From Nannocystis bainbridge (GTDB lineage Bacteria > Myxococcota_A > Polyangia > Nannocystales > Nannocystaceae): 64,000 bases of DNA. The notes under the pieces are model-generated. The model was given only the letters and a program-made list of their open reading frames with translations, searched no databases and was not told the DNA's origin. Both the position numbers and the translations under genes were made by a program. Below are positions 1 to 9,844 of this stretch, piece after piece. Position 1 is the stretch's first letter, and each line of letters begins with the position of its first letter. Location of the stretch: NCBI RefSeq assembly GCF_028368995.1, contig NZ_JAQNDL010000003.1:1728001-1792000 (forward strand). Direction: 5' to 3'.

Positions 1-402
1 GCCTCGCAGGTCCGCGTGATCCCGTGGTTCAACGACAGCGCCGGCGATTTTGTCACCACCTTCCGCTGCGGCGACTGCTGCGCCTCCTCGCTGGCCGACA
101 CCCGCGCGCGCCTCGACGCCGGCGGAGCCCGCGAGGTCGGCCAGCTGGCCGAGTTCTTCCAGCGCCACGGCGTCACGATCCTCGAGCACCGCCGCGGCGA
201 TCCCCCCGAGGTCGTGCGACCGCTGCTGGCGCGCACCCTCGAGCTCGTGGCCGGCGGTCAGCTCCGCCTGCAGATCGGCGAGACCGTGCCGCTGAAGGAC
301 GTCCTGTCCAGCCCCCAGCCCGAGCCCGCGCCCGCTCCCGAGCCGGCGCCCGCGGGCCCGTCGCTGTGGGGGCGGATCCGCCGGGCCTTCGGCCGCGAGT
401 GA
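1..402 (+). CDS. hypothetical protein, 5'-truncated by the window edge
   Basis: Frame 1 is open from base 1 to TGA 400-402 with GC-rich third codon positions. It has a CGDCC motif and a Pro/Ala-rich C-terminal linker. Confidence 0.65.
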   Translation, partial: ASQVRVIPWFNDSAGDFVTTFRCGDCCASSLADTRARLDAGGAREVGQLAEFFQRHGVTILEHRRGDPPEVVRPLLARTLELVAGGQLRLQIGETVPLKDVLSSPQPEPAPAPEPAPAGPSLWGRIRRAFGRE

Positions 403-403
403 T

Positions 404-464
404 TGTCCCTCGGGACATGTCCGAAGAACACTGTCTTTACGGGCATGTCCTGTAAGACATGTAC
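404..464. repeat. phased array of 14-bp TGTCC-N4-GGACA-like palindromes
   Basis: Units start at 404 (TGTCCCTCGGGACA), 418, 432, 446 (TGTCCTGTAAGACA) and 460, an exact 14-bp period. Confidence 0.8.
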
Positions 465-594
465 TGACCTGCATCCGGTTGTTTTGAGGGTTGCCGGCGA
501 CACACGCTGCGCCGCAGACGACACGCGCTCGCACTGCGGCGAGTCGCGAGCGGCCGCCTGCGCGAGCAGGCCTCGCGTACACTGCGGCGGGGTC

Positions 595-1743
595 ATGGCG
601 CCGGAAGATTTCGCACCGATGGACGACGATCCGCTGCTCGAGGCCGTGCGCGTCGGCAGCATCGACGACGTCCGGCGGGCCCTGTCGCGGGCGCCGGCCG
701 ACCTCGACGGTCGCAGCCACGCGTACGACTACACCCCGCTCGAGCTGGCGATCGCGCTGGACCGCGGCGACGTGGTGCGGCTGCTGCTCGACGCCGGCGC
801 CGATGCCAACGCCCCTTCCGCCAACGACACCGACGCATTGACGGTGGCGATCGAGGAGTACGGCGAGGACACGCGCCCGATGATCGAGCTGCTGCTGGCC
901 CACGGCGCCCGTCCGACCGACGCGGCGCTGCTGGCCGCGGCCCGGGCCGGCGACCTGTGGGCGGTGGATCGACTGCTCGCCGCGCTGTCGGCCGAGTCGG
1001 CCTCGAGCCGCGACCTCGAGGAGATCGAGGGCGCCCTGCTGGCGGCGGCGGTCCGGCGCGGCGACGCGGCCCTGTTCGAGCGCGTGCGCGCCCGCAGCGA
1101 CGACGTGTCCGGGCCGTACCTGCAATGGGCCTTCGAGGCCGCCGCCGACAGCGGTCAATCGGGCATGTGGGGCCGCCTGCTGCAGCTCGGCGAGCCCGAC
1201 CTGCCGCGCGCGCTGCAGTCGGCCGTGCTCGCGTTCCTGCGCAGCGGCACCCCCGGGCAGTACGAGCTGCTGCGCCAGATCACCCGCGCCGCCGGGCCCG
1301 CCGCCGCCAGCCAGCTGTTCGCGTTCGCCGTCACCTGCGGCCTCGCCGTCTCCGACCGCACCGAGGCCCTGCTCGCGCTCGCCCGCGAGTGCGGCGGCGA
1401 CCTCGAGGCCCGCGACGCCGCCGGCATGACCGCCCTGCTGATGGCCGCCGACCGCCATCACATCGAGCACATGCGCCGGCTGATCGCCCTCGGCGCCGAT
1501 CGCCGGGCCCGCGACGCCTCCGGTCGGGGCCTCAGCGCCCACGTCGAGCGCTGGCCGCAGAGCGTGCGCCTGGCCGAGACCCGCGCCTACCTCGTCGAGC
1601 TCGGCGTGCCGACCGAACGACCGATCGGCGGCGAACCACTCCCCTCGCGCGACCCCGTCGGCCCCGCGCTGGTGGTCGGCTTCGCTCTGGCCGCGGCGAT
1701 CGTCGCGGTCGTGCTGCTGCTGCACGCGCTCGGCCTGCTGTGA
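595..1743 (+). CDS. ankyrin repeat protein with C-terminal TM helix
   Basis: Ankyrin motifs YTPLELAIALDRGDVVRLLLDAGADAN and GMTALLMAADRHHIEHMRRLIALGAD; hydrophobic C-terminus. Start is ATG 595 (or 619), not the ORF-track start at 403. Confidence 0.88.
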   Translation: MAPEDFAPMDDDPLLEAVRVGSIDDVRRALSRAPADLDGRSHAYDYTPLELAIALDRGDVVRLLLDAGADANAPSANDTDALTVAIEEYGEDTRPMIELLLAHGARPTDAALLAAARAGDLWAVDRLLAALSAESASSRDLEEIEGALLAAAVRRGDAALFERVRARSDDVSGPYLQWAFEAAADSGQSGMWGRLLQLGEPDLPRALQSAVLAFLRSGTPGQYELLRQITRAAGPAAASQLFAFAVTCGLAVSDRTEALLALARECGGDLEARDAAGMTALLMAADRHHIEHMRRLIALGADRRARDASGRGLSAHVERWPQSVRLAETRAYLVELGVPTERPIGGEPLPSRDPVGPALVVGFALAAAIVAVVLLLHALGLL

Positions 1744-1771
1744 TCCCACCGCGGATCGCGGTCACGCGCCG

Positions 1772-2545
1772 TCAGACGATCCCCCCGTTGGCGCGCACGG
1801 TCTGGCCATTGACCCACTCCGCCTCGGGGCCGGCGAGGAAGCTGACCACGCGGGCGATGTCCTCGGGTCGGCCGAGCCGCTCGAGCGGCGCGAGCTTGGT
1901 CAAGTGCTCGATCTGCTCCGGCGTCTTGCCGTCGAAGAACAGGTCGGTGGCGGTGGGGCCAGGGGCGACGGCGTTGACGGAGATCCCGCGGCCGCGCAGC
2001 TCCTTGGCGACGATGCGGGTCATGGTCTCGACGGCCGCCTTGGTGGCCGCGTAGACGGCGTAGCCGGGCAGCGCGAGGCCGACGACGCTGGTCGAGAAGT
2101 TGACGATCCGCCCGCCCTTGCGCAGCCGCTGGACCGCCGCGCGCATCGTGTAAAACGTGCCCTTGATGTTGATCGCCAGCAGGCGGTCGAGCAGCGCGTC
2201 GTCGGTGTCGACCAGCGGCACCAGCCCGGGCTGGATCACCCCGGCGTTGTTGACGACGACGTCGACGCCGCCGAACTCCGCCTCGGCGCGGTCGAACAGG
2301 CGGCCGACCGCGGCCGGGTCGGCGACATCGGCCTGCACCGCGATCGCCCGCCCGCCCGCAGCGACGATCTCGCCGACGACGTGCTCGGCGTCGGCGACCC
2401 GGCCCGCGTAGTTGACCACCACCGCGAAGCCGTCGGCGGCGAGGCGGCGAGCGACGGCTGCGCCGATTCCCCGGGACGAACCGGTGACGATGGCGACGCG
2501 CGTCGCGGTGGGAGCGAGGGTGGAAGGTTCGGCGGCGACGGTCAT
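1772..2545 (-). CDS. SDR family oxidoreductase
   Basis: TGSSRGIG Rossmann motif, NNAG, catalytic YAATK, VNAVAPGPTAT. Confidence 0.95.
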   Translation of the reverse strand: MTVAAEPSTLAPTATRVAIVTGSSRGIGAAVARRLAADGFAVVVNYAGRVADAEHVVGEIVAAGGRAIAVQADVADPAAVGRLFDRAEAEFGGVDVVVNNAGVIQPGLVPLVDTDDALLDRLLAINIKGTFYTMRAAVQRLRKGGRIVNFSTSVVGLALPGYAVYAATKAAVETMTRIVAKELRGRGISVNAVAPGPTATDLFFDGKTPEQIEHLTKLAPLERLGRPEDIARVVSFLAGPEAEWVNGQTVRANGGIV

Positions 2546-2764
2546 GCCGCAAGGATGACGAGCGTCGCCGCCCGCGGGTAGCCGCCCGGCCGTGAAATTC
2601 GCCCGTCCTCCTCCGAACACGCGGCTGCAGCCCGAGCTGTTCGCGGGGCTCCTCCGCGATTGCCCGCGGTGATGTCGAAAGCGCGGGAGACGTCATCGGT
2701 CGCGCGCGAAAGCGGGAGCGGGCGCGCCGCGAACCGGCGCAGCGGCGCGGGCTATGCTCCGGCC

Positions 2765-3496
2765 ATGCAAGGCTCCGCGATCGCGCTGCTCATCCTCGCC
2801 TACCTCGCCGCGCTCGGCGTCGCCGTGTGGAGCGACGTCCCGCCCGGCGTGCTGCTGACCTGGGGCGCCGGCGGGGCCGCGTTGATCTGGCTGGTCGTGC
2901 TGGTGACCTTGCCGTGGAACTTGCACTTCCGGGCCCGCGAGGTCCTGGCGGAGATGCGGCGCTCGCGGGACGCCGGCATCAAGGTCACCGACGAACAGAT
3001 CGCCTTCGCCGAGCGGGTGAAGCGCTGGACCCTGATCACCAGCCTCGCGATTCATTTCGTGTCCGCCGGCGTCGCCCTCGCTGTCGCCGTCTTCACCGGC
3101 GCCGACCTCGGCTATCCGTTCGCCGGCTTCTACTTGCTGTCGTGTCTGGTGCGCCCCGCGATCGCTTCGATGCAGCAGATCCGCCGCCGCCTCGAGGCGA
3201 TCGCCGAGGACACCCGGTTCCCCCGCGACGACGTCATGAAGCTGCGCGGGCAGGTCGCGCACCACGAGAACGTCGTCGTCAAGCTCGAGGAGTCGCTCAA
3301 GACCCTGCGCGAGGAGCACGACCAGCTGGCCGCCCGCACCGACCGCCAGCGCGTCGAGCTCGAGCAGAAGATCGGCGCCCTGGCCCGCAAGTTCGAGGAG
3401 AGCCTCGACCGCCTCACCGACAACCGCGAGCTCATCTCCGGCATCAAGGCGTTCTTGCGGATGATCCGCGGGGGCGACGTCGACGCCAAGGTCTAG
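2765..3496 (+). CDS. membrane protein with C-terminal coiled coil
   Basis: About four hydrophobic helices followed by a heptad-rich charged segment; typical codon bias. Confidence 0.8.
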   Translation: MQGSAIALLILAYLAALGVAVWSDVPPGVLLTWGAGGAALIWLVVLVTLPWNLHFRAREVLAEMRRSRDAGIKVTDEQIAFAERVKRWTLITSLAIHFVSAGVALAVAVFTGADLGYPFAGFYLLSCLVRPAIASMQQIRRRLEAIAEDTRFPRDDVMKLRGQVAHHENVVVKLEESLKTLREEHDQLAARTDRQRVELEQKIGALARKFEESLDRLTDNRELISGIKAFLRMIRGGDVDAKV

Positions 3497-3540
3497 CGCC
3501 CGCTGGCCGCCCCGCGCCCGGGCGGGCTATGCTCGCCGTG

Positions 3541-4182
3541 ATGGACGACCCCGATCGCCGCCTCCTCGATGCCTGGCGCGCCGGCGATCGCCAGGCCGGG
3601 CAAGCGCTGGCCTCGCAGCACTACCCCGCGGTCTATCGCTTCTTCTTCGGCAAGGTCCGCGACTCGGTGTGCGAGGACCTGGCCCAACAGACCTTCGAGG
3701 TCGTGTGCCGCCGGCGCGACGCCTACCGCGGCGACGGCAGCTTCCGCGCCTACCTGTTCGGCGTCGCCCGCTTCGTCCTGATCGGCTGGGCGCGCCGGCA
3801 GCGGCGGTTCGAGCCGACCGAGGACAGCCTGCCCGCCGACGCCGAGCCGCTGCCCGGGCTGCTCGCCGACCGCGAGCTGGTGCGGCTCGTCGCCACCGCG
3901 CTGCGCAGCCTCCCGCTCGACGATCAGCTGATCATCGAGCTCAAGGACTGGGAGCACCTGACCCAGGCCGAGCTCGCGGCGCTGTTCGAGGCCCCGCAGG
4001 CGACCGTCGCGCGCCGGCTGCAGCGCGCGCGCGCGCGCCTGCGCGTCGCGGTCGAGCAGCTCGTGGACGACCCGGCCCTGCGCGACCGCACCCTGCGCGG
4101 CCTCGAGAGCTGCATGGAGAGCATCCGCGTCGAGGTCGAGCGCCGGTTCGGCCCCGAGCCGCGCGGGCGGGACCCGGAGTGA
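3541..4182 (+). CDS. ECF RNA polymerase sigma factor
   Basis: LLDAWRAGD...CEDLAQQTF...FRAYLFGVAR (sigma2); ALRSLP...LTQAELAALF...TVARRLQRARARL (sigma4). Confidence 0.93.
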   Translation: MDDPDRRLLDAWRAGDRQAGQALASQHYPAVYRFFFGKVRDSVCEDLAQQTFEVVCRRRDAYRGDGSFRAYLFGVARFVLIGWARRQRRFEPTEDSLPADAEPLPGLLADRELVRLVATALRSLPLDDQLIIELKDWEHLTQAELAALFEAPQATVARRLQRARARLRVAVEQLVDDPALRDRTLRGLESCMESIRVEVERRFGPEPRGRDPE

Positions 4183-4265
4183 CGGGCAGCGAAAATAAAT
4201 TCGCTAGCGCCGGGGATCAGCCCGTCGGGTCGCCGCACTTGGCGGCCACACCCACGGAGTTCGTC

Positions 4266-7200
4266 ATGCCCGCCACCGCTCGCCCCCAAGCCCCCGCGTC
4301 CCACGTCGTCCGCGCCGCCCAGGCCCGCCTCGTCGCCCACCTCGGCGAGGCCGACCTCGGCGCCTCGGCCGAGCCGACCCTGACACCCGCCGGCAGCCCC
4401 ACGCGGCTCGCCGACCCGACCTCGTGGCCGGGCCCCTCGCGCGCGCCGCACCAGCCCGCGGACGACGAGCGCTACGAGTTCGGCGAGGCCTTCGCCGCCG
4501 GCGGCCTCGGCGTGGTCCGCCGCGCCCGCGACCGCCGCCTCGGCCGCGACGTCGCCGTCAAGGAGTTGATGCGCACCGACCCGGCCGCCGAGCACCGCTT
4601 CGCGCTCGAGGCGGCGATCACGGCCCGCCTGCAGCACCCCGGCATCGTCCCGCTCTACGACATCGGCCGCCACGCGACCGGCGAGCCGTACTACTGCATG
4701 AAGCTCGTCGAGGGCCAGACGCTCGAGCACGAGATCCGCCGCCGCTCGCAGCCTTACGAGCGGCTGGCGCTGATCGAGCACGTGATCGCGGCCGCCGACG
4801 CCGTCGCCTACGCGCACCGCCACGGGGTCCTCCACCGCGATCTCAAGCCGGCCAACATCCTGGTCGGCGAGCTCGGTGAGGCGGTGGTGATCGATTGGGG
4901 CCTGGCCAAGGACACCACGCAGCCCAGCGCTGACCCGCCCCCGAGCCCGCACGCGCCCACGAGCGGCTTCATCTCGACCGTGACCGAGCACGGCACGGTG
5001 CTCGGCACCCTGCGCTACATGCCGCCGGAGCAGGCCCGCGGCGAGGTCGTCGACGCCCGCGGCGACGTGTTCGCCCTCGGCGCGGTGCTCTACCACGTGC
5101 TCGCCGGTGCCCCGCCCTACGCCGACGTCGACGGCCGCGTGCTCGCCTCGCGCGTGGTCGAGGCCGCGGTCGATGACCTGCGGGAGCGCGCCCCCGAGGC
5201 CCCGCGCGAGCTGGTGGCGATCGCCCAGCGAGCCATGGCCGCGCGCCCCGAAGACCGCTACGCCAGCGCCGAGGCGCTCGCCGAGGACCTGCGCCGCTTC
5301 CTCACCGGCCGCATGGTCGACGCCCACCGCTACTCCGCCGGCGAGGTCGTGCGCCTGTGGCTGCGCCGGCACCGGGCCGCTGTGGGTGTCGCCTCGGCTT
5401 CGCTGGTGGCCCTCGTGGCCGGTGGCGCCTACGCGGTGCAGAACGTCTACCACCAACGCGACGCCGCCGCGGTCGCGCAGGCCCACGCCGAGGCCGCGCG
5501 CGGCGAGGCCGAGTCGGCGCTGGCGACCGCCCGCCAGCAGACCACGGCGTCGCTGCTGGCCCAGGCCCGCGCCGCGCTCAACGGCGACCTCGCCGGCAGC
5601 CTGACCGCGCTGGCGCAGGTCGACCTGTCCGATGAGACATCCGCACGCCGGGCCCGCCTGCTGGCGCTGGCAGCCGAGACCCGCGGGGCGCCGACGCGGA
5701 TCTTGCACGGCCACGCGCGGCCGGTGTCGCAGGTGGTCGCGCTGTCCGACGGCGCGCTGGTCAGCGTCGACGTCGGCGGTGACGTGTGGAAGTGGGACGC
5801 AAAGACCGGGGCCGGGGCGCGCCTGTTCGAGCTGGGCGAGCGCGAGGTGGTCCTGGTCGTGGCCCGCGACGCGCCGATCTTCGCGGCGATCGGCCGCCGC
5901 AGCGCCCGCGTCGAGCGAGCGGGCCATTCGCAGGCGATCGACGTGTCGATGGTCGACCGCGGCGACCACGGGATCCAGCAGTACCGCTGGACGATGTCGG
6001 CCGGCGGCGAGGCGCTGGCGGCCCTCAGCGAGCCGGCCACGTCGAGCGCCGGGTTCGCCGGCGCGCCCGCCTATCGCTGGGACCTGACCCAAGAGCCAGC
6101 CAAGCTCGACGTCGTCCCGGGCACCCGCGGCCGGACCGCGGCCCTCAGCCCCGACGGCCGCACCGTCGCCTACGAGGACGCCGCCCGCGGAGCCTTCCTG
6201 CGCACCGGCGAGCAGTCGCTGGCGACGCCGGCGATCTCCGGCCCGCTCGAGTTCTCGAGCAGCGGCGCGCACCTCGTCAGCTGGGCGGTCGACCAGCCGC
6301 CGCGCCACGTCGCGTACACCCCGGCGACTCAGGAGGTCCACCCGCTCGGGCGCTGGACCCTGGCGATCGCGCCCGACGACCGGGCCCTGGTGCTCGACGT
6401 CGACGACTTCACCGGCATGATCTCGCTGTCGATGCGCTCTCTGGCCGACGCTGCGACGCGCTGGACCGCGACGCCGGTCGAGTCGGGCAACCTCGTCGAG
6501 TGGGGCGACGCGCAGGAGTACGACGTCGTCGTCGACCCGCGCGGCGACAGCCTCGCCGTGCGCACCCCCGATCACTGGCTGCTCGGCTCGCAGACCGACG
6601 GCAGCTTCCCCCGCCGCCTCGACGCCGACAACGCGCGCCACGCCGCCTACGCCGGCGACGGCCGGTTCGCGGTCGCCCACCTCGGCGACATCCACGTGTG
6701 GGAGCCCGCGCCGGTGCCCCCGGCCGCGCAGGGCCTGGCCGGGCTGAACGTCGGCGCCCTGGCGCTCGATGGCCGCCAGGCGATCGTCTACGCCGACCAG
6801 GGCTCGCCCCGCCTTCGGGACATGTTCTCCGGGACATCCACGGCGTCCTGCCACGATCGCCTCACGGTCGAGCAGTTCCTCGACCCCGAGGCCCGGTCGG
6901 CCGTCGGCGGCGGTCGCTCGCTGTTCGTCGACAAGGCCGGCGAGGCCTGCCTCGGCGACGGCGCCGGGCTTCACGAGTTCGCGGTGGGCAAGCCGACCAC
7001 CAGCGTCGCCCTGGCCGACGCCGGCTCCGCGTTCGCGGCCGGCTTCGCCGACGGCACCGTGCTCACCTGGCGCGACGTCGCCGCCACCGCGCGCAAGTGG
7101 GAGCTCGGGGCGCAGGTCGCCGGGCTCGTGCTCACCCGCGCGGGCGACGGCGCGATCGCCTTCACGCCCGCCGGCCAGGTGTTCGCGCTCACCGACGCGG

Positions 7201-7808
7201 CCGACGGCCCGCGCCAGATCGCCGCCATCGATCCGGGCCCGCCGACCACCTACTACCGGCCGCCGCAGACTATCGTCCACCCGCGCGCCGCGATCGCCGT
7301 GGTCCCGCTCATCGGTCACGACGCGATCGCCGTGCACGACTTCGCCAGCGGCGCCACCACGCGCCGACCCGTCGTGCTCCCGGCCGTGCCGACCGCCGCC
7401 TACAGCCCGAGCGGCGAGACCCTCGCGGTCGCTGTCGCCGGTCGCCGCGTCCTCCTGGTGCGCGGCGCCGACGACCCCGGGCGCGAGCTCGCCTTGCCCG
7501 ACGACGCCCGCGCGCTCGCGTTCGTCGGCGAGGACCAGCTCGCCGTGCTCGGCGAGTCCGGCGACCTGCTGCGCCTCGACACCGTGCTCGGCGAGGCCGC
7601 CGTCGTGCGCCGCGCCTGGACCGCCCGCCTCGACGGCTACGCCGCCCTGACCCGCGCCAACCTCGTGGCCGACCCGGACGGCGCCACCGTCGCGTTCACC
7701 CAGGCCGACTTCGACCTCACCGTCCAGCCCGCCGACCCCCTCCCGCGCGAGCCCGCGGCCCTGGCGGGCTGGCTGCAGACCCGTGCGCGTCAGCTCGCCG
7801 GCGGATGA
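4266..7808 (+). CDS. Ser/Thr protein kinase with TM segment and WD40-like beta-propeller
   Basis: GGLGVV, VAVK, HRDLKPAN, IDWGLAK, GTLRYMPPEQ; later GH...WD and ALSPDG repeats. An alternative GTG start at 4179 overlaps the sigma stop codon. Confidence 0.93.
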   Translation: MPATARPQAPASHVVRAAQARLVAHLGEADLGASAEPTLTPAGSPTRLADPTSWPGPSRAPHQPADDERYEFGEAFAAGGLGVVRRARDRRLGRDVAVKELMRTDPAAEHRFALEAAITARLQHPGIVPLYDIGRHATGEPYYCMKLVEGQTLEHEIRRRSQPYERLALIEHVIAAADAVAYAHRHGVLHRDLKPANILVGELGEAVVIDWGLAKDTTQPSADPPPSPHAPTSGFISTVTEHGTVLGTLRYMPPEQARGEVVDARGDVFALGAVLYHVLAGAPPYADVDGRVLASRVVEAAVDDLRERAPEAPRELVAIAQRAMAARPEDRYASAEALAEDLRRFLTGRMVDAHRYSAGEVVRLWLRRHRAAVGVASASLVALVAGGAYAVQNVYHQRDAAAVAQAHAEAARGEAESALATARQQTTASLLAQARAALNGDLAGSLTALAQVDLSDETSARRARLLALAAETRGAPTRILHGHARPVSQVVALSDGALVSVDVGGDVWKWDAKTGAGARLFELGEREVVLVVARDAPIFAAIGRRSARVERAGHSQAIDVSMVDRGDHGIQQYRWTMSAGGEALAALSEPATSSAGFAGAPAYRWDLTQEPAKLDVVPGTRGRTAALSPDGRTVAYEDAARGAFLRTGEQSLATPAISGPLEFSSSGAHLVSWAVDQPPRHVAYTPATQEVHPLGRWTLAIAPDDRALVLDVDDFTGMISLSMRSLADAATRWTATPVESGNLVEWGDAQEYDVVVDPRGDSLAVRTPDHWLLGSQTDGSFPRRLDADNARHAAYAGDGRFAVAHLGDIHVWEPAPVPPAAQGLAGLNVGALALDGRQAIVYADQGSPRLRDMFSGTSTASCHDRLTVEQFLDPEARSAVGGGRSLFVDKAGEACLGDGAGLHEFAVGKPTTSVALADAGSAFAAGFADGTVLTWRDVAATARKWELGAQVAGLVLTRAGDGAIAFTPAGQVFALTDAADGPRQIAAIDPGPPTTYYRPPQTIVHPRAAIAVVPLIGHDAIAVHDFASGATTRRPVVLPAVPTAAYSPSGETLAVAVAGRRVLLVRGADDPGRELALPDDARALAFVGEDQLAVLGESGDLLRLDTVLGEAAVVRRAWTARLDGYAALTRANLVADPDGATVAFTQADFDLTVQPADPLPREPAALAGWLQTRARQLAGG

Positions 7809-7813
7809 TGAGC

Positions 7814-7849
7814 CCGTGATGACATGTCCATATGGACATGTCATCACGG
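7814..7849. repeat. 36-bp perfect palindrome built from the 14-bp motif family
   Basis: CCGTGATGACATGTCCAT|ATGGACATGTCATCACGG, just after the kinase stop and between convergent genes. Confidence 0.9.
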
Positions 7850-7990
7850 ACATTCATGCCTCGCCCAATGTCACGATCGCCAGGCGGAGGTCGTCGCGTG
7901 CGACGGCCCCGCCTGCTCGTGTGAACCGGCCGCTGCCTGACAGCAACGACCGCCCGTCCGACCCCCACGCTGCCGTGGCCGCGCTCGCCC

Positions 7991-8506
7991 TCACTTCCCC
8001 GGCTTGCGCTCCTTCAAGAAGCGGAGGTCGCCGGCGACGTCGTGCAGCGACGTGATCGGCACCACCACGGGCGAGTTCGGCGTCGTCTCGAGCACCTTCG
8101 GGTTGCCGCCCGCCCACGTGATGCGGTTGATGCGGTGCTGGATCCGCCACTTGCCCTTCACCTTCACCAGGCGATCATCATAGTAGCCCTGACCCTCCCA
8201 GAAGTCGCCCCCGGGGGTCCCGGGCTTGATCAGGCGGAAATGCCCGTACGTCAGCGCCCACGCCTCGTTGCCCTGGAAGTCCCACAGCGTGTTCGACATC
8301 GTGTGCTGCGTGCCGCTGTAGACCGCGTGGATGGCGGCGAAGATCTGCTTGAACGTGGCGAGGCCGGTCCACACCGCGCCCTCGCCGTAATCGGCGATCA
8401 CGTCGCTCGTGAACACCTCGTCGAACAGGTGCCACTGCTGGGTATCGATCGCCAGCGCGTAAAGGTGGACCAGAGGCAGGATCGTATCGGCTTCGTTGCT
8501 TGACAT
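7991..8506 (-). CDS. NTF2/SnoaL-like family protein
   Basis: YALAIDTQQW..FDEVFTSD, TQHTMSN, YYDDRLVKVKGKWRIQHR, typical of SnoaL_4-like proteins. Confidence 0.88.
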   Translation of the reverse strand: MSSNEADTILPLVHLYALAIDTQQWHLFDEVFTSDVIADYGEGAVWTGLATFKQIFAAIHAVYSGTQHTMSNTLWDFQGNEAWALTYGHFRLIKPGTPGGDFWEGQGYYDDRLVKVKGKWRIQHRINRITWAGGNPKVLETTPNSPVVVPITSLHDVAGDLRFLKERKPGK

Positions 8507-8808
8507 GCTTGAACCTCGCGCGAGAACGTCCGCGCACGACGATCGGCCGCGCCGGCCAGAAGTTGCCGCCGCGACGTGTTTTGCAGCTTAACACGCCGCT
8601 GCGACGATTCGACGGGAGAATGCGCGCACCTCCGGCTGTCACGATCGAGACGTCGGCGCGCGCCTTCCAGGCTCACCCGAGTCGCGTCCGCTCGTCGGCG
8701 CGGCGGCGCGACGCCTCGCTCGCGCGCGCCAGGTCGCGGCCCGGAGGTCGGCCGGCGGCCTCGCAGCGCGGCGACGACGGGCCCTGCCACGGAGCGACCT
8801 CAAGAACA

Positions 8809-8870
8809 TGACGTTTCGAACATTATCGAAAGGACATGTCCATGTGAGCATATCCCAAAGGACATGTTCT
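8809..8870. repeat. phased array of 14-bp palindrome-family units
   Basis: Units at 8809, 8823, 8837, 8851 and 8865 (period 14); junctions read GGACATGTCC and GGACATGTTC. Confidence 0.75.
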
Positions 8871-8902
8871 TCGGCCCCGAGCCACCCGGCCCCGGCCGCG
8901 CT

Positions 8903-9337
8903 TTACTTCGGCGCGCGCCGCAGCGCCGGGGCCTCGGCGAGCCACCACAGCAGCGGCAGCGCGACCACCAGCAGCGCCAGCCCGGTGGGCGCCCAGGCGA
9001 ACCGATGCGCCGCCTCGACCAGCGGGCGCAGCGGGCCGGCCGGCGCCGTGACGACGATCCGCAGGCTCACCGCCGCGGCCGCCGCGAACGTCAGCACCTC
9101 GAGCACGATCGCGGGCGTCAGCACCCGGCGCTCGCGGGCTCGCAGGCGGGTCAGCGCCTCGACCAGCGGGGCCCGGCGGATCAGCGTCGACGGATCGATC
9201 ACCCGCGCCCGCGGCTGCGGACTGCGGGCCAGGCTGTCCATGAAGACAGCCACCGCGCGGGCGCGCGGGTCGGCGTCGGCCGGCTCAATCGCGGGAGCCG
9301 GGGCCGCGGGAGGGCGCGAGGATGGGGGCGAACGCAT
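8903..9337 (-). CDS. putative membrane anti-sigma factor
   Basis: Two hydrophobic helices; overlaps the 3' end of the upstream ECF sigma gene. Confidence 0.6.
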   Translation of the reverse strand: MRSPPSSRPPAAPAPAIEPADADPRARAVAVFMDSLARSPQPRARVIDPSTLIRRAPLVEALTRLRARERRVLTPAIVLEVLTFAAAAAVSLRIVVTAPAGPLRPLVEAAHRFAWAPTGLALLVVALPLLWWLAEAPALRRAPK

Positions 9338-9833
9338 GGGGGTCTGTGCTTTCGGTTTGCAGGAGGTCGGCCAGCCGCGCGCGCGCGCGGCTCAGCAGCA
9401 CGCGGACGCTCGCGGGCTTCACGTCGAGGATCTCCGCCATCTCGGCGTGATCGTGGCCGTCGACGTACGCGAGCCACAGCAGCGCCGCGTCGCGCCGCGG
9501 CAGGCGGTCGAAGATCGCCTGCAGCTCGCGGCCTTCGCCGGGCTCCGGCGCTCGCGGCGGCGCGGCCTCGTGGGCCAGCAGCAGCTCGCGCAGGCGGGCG
9601 CCGAGGCGGGTGCGGCGGCGGTGGTGATCGGTGACGAGGTTGGTGGCGATCCGGTAGAGATAGGCCCGCTCGGCGCCGGCGCGCACGCGGCCGGCCGGCA
9701 GCTGGAGCAGCCGACAATAGCTGTCCTGGACCAGGTCGTCGGCCACGGCGCGCTCGCCCACGAGGCGGTAGACGTACGCCCACAGGCGCGCGTGGGTGGC
9801 CGCGTAGAGCGCCCGGAATTGGGGTTCGTCCAT
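9285..9833 (-). CDS. ECF RNA polymerase sigma factor
   Basis: FRALYAATHARLWAYVYRL...ADDLVQDSY...AYLYRIATNL; DHAEMAEILDVKPASVRVLLSRARARL. Confidence 0.93.
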   Translation of the reverse strand: MDEPQFRALYAATHARLWAYVYRLVGERAVADDLVQDSYCRLLQLPAGRVRAGAERAYLYRIATNLVTDHHRRRTRLGARLRELLLAHEAAPPRAPEPGEGRELQAIFDRLPRRDAALLWLAYVDGHDHAEMAEILDVKPASVRVLLSRARARLADLLQTESTDPHAFAPILAPSRGPGSRD

Positions 9834-9844
9834 GGGTTCCGCGC

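Noticed and set aside
404-464. parS sites, Gram-positive-type LexA boxes or p53-like RRRCATGYYY elements
   Set aside because: parS is 16 bp (TGT-N10-ACA) and the LexA box is GAAC-N4-GTTC, so spacing differs. The p53-like decamer simply arises at junctions of tandem units and has no bacterial meaning I can support.
403-594. N-terminal extensions in the ORF track (e.g. 403, 2827, 3669, 11198, 20916, 50186, 50905)
   Set aside because: The extensions run through repeats, promoters or neighbouring genes; downstream starts fit domain boundaries better.
4021-4041. (GC)n run as a Z-DNA or phase-variation tract
   Set aside because: It encodes the conserved sigma4 RARARL helix and is expected in a GC-rich genome.
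3924-7853. Long antisense and alternative-frame ORFs (also 23609-27319, 35259-37961, 41009-43474, 46450-50013, 51301-53997)
   Set aside because: These are shadow ORFs of GC3-biased genes. They lack motifs and overlap well-supported genes.
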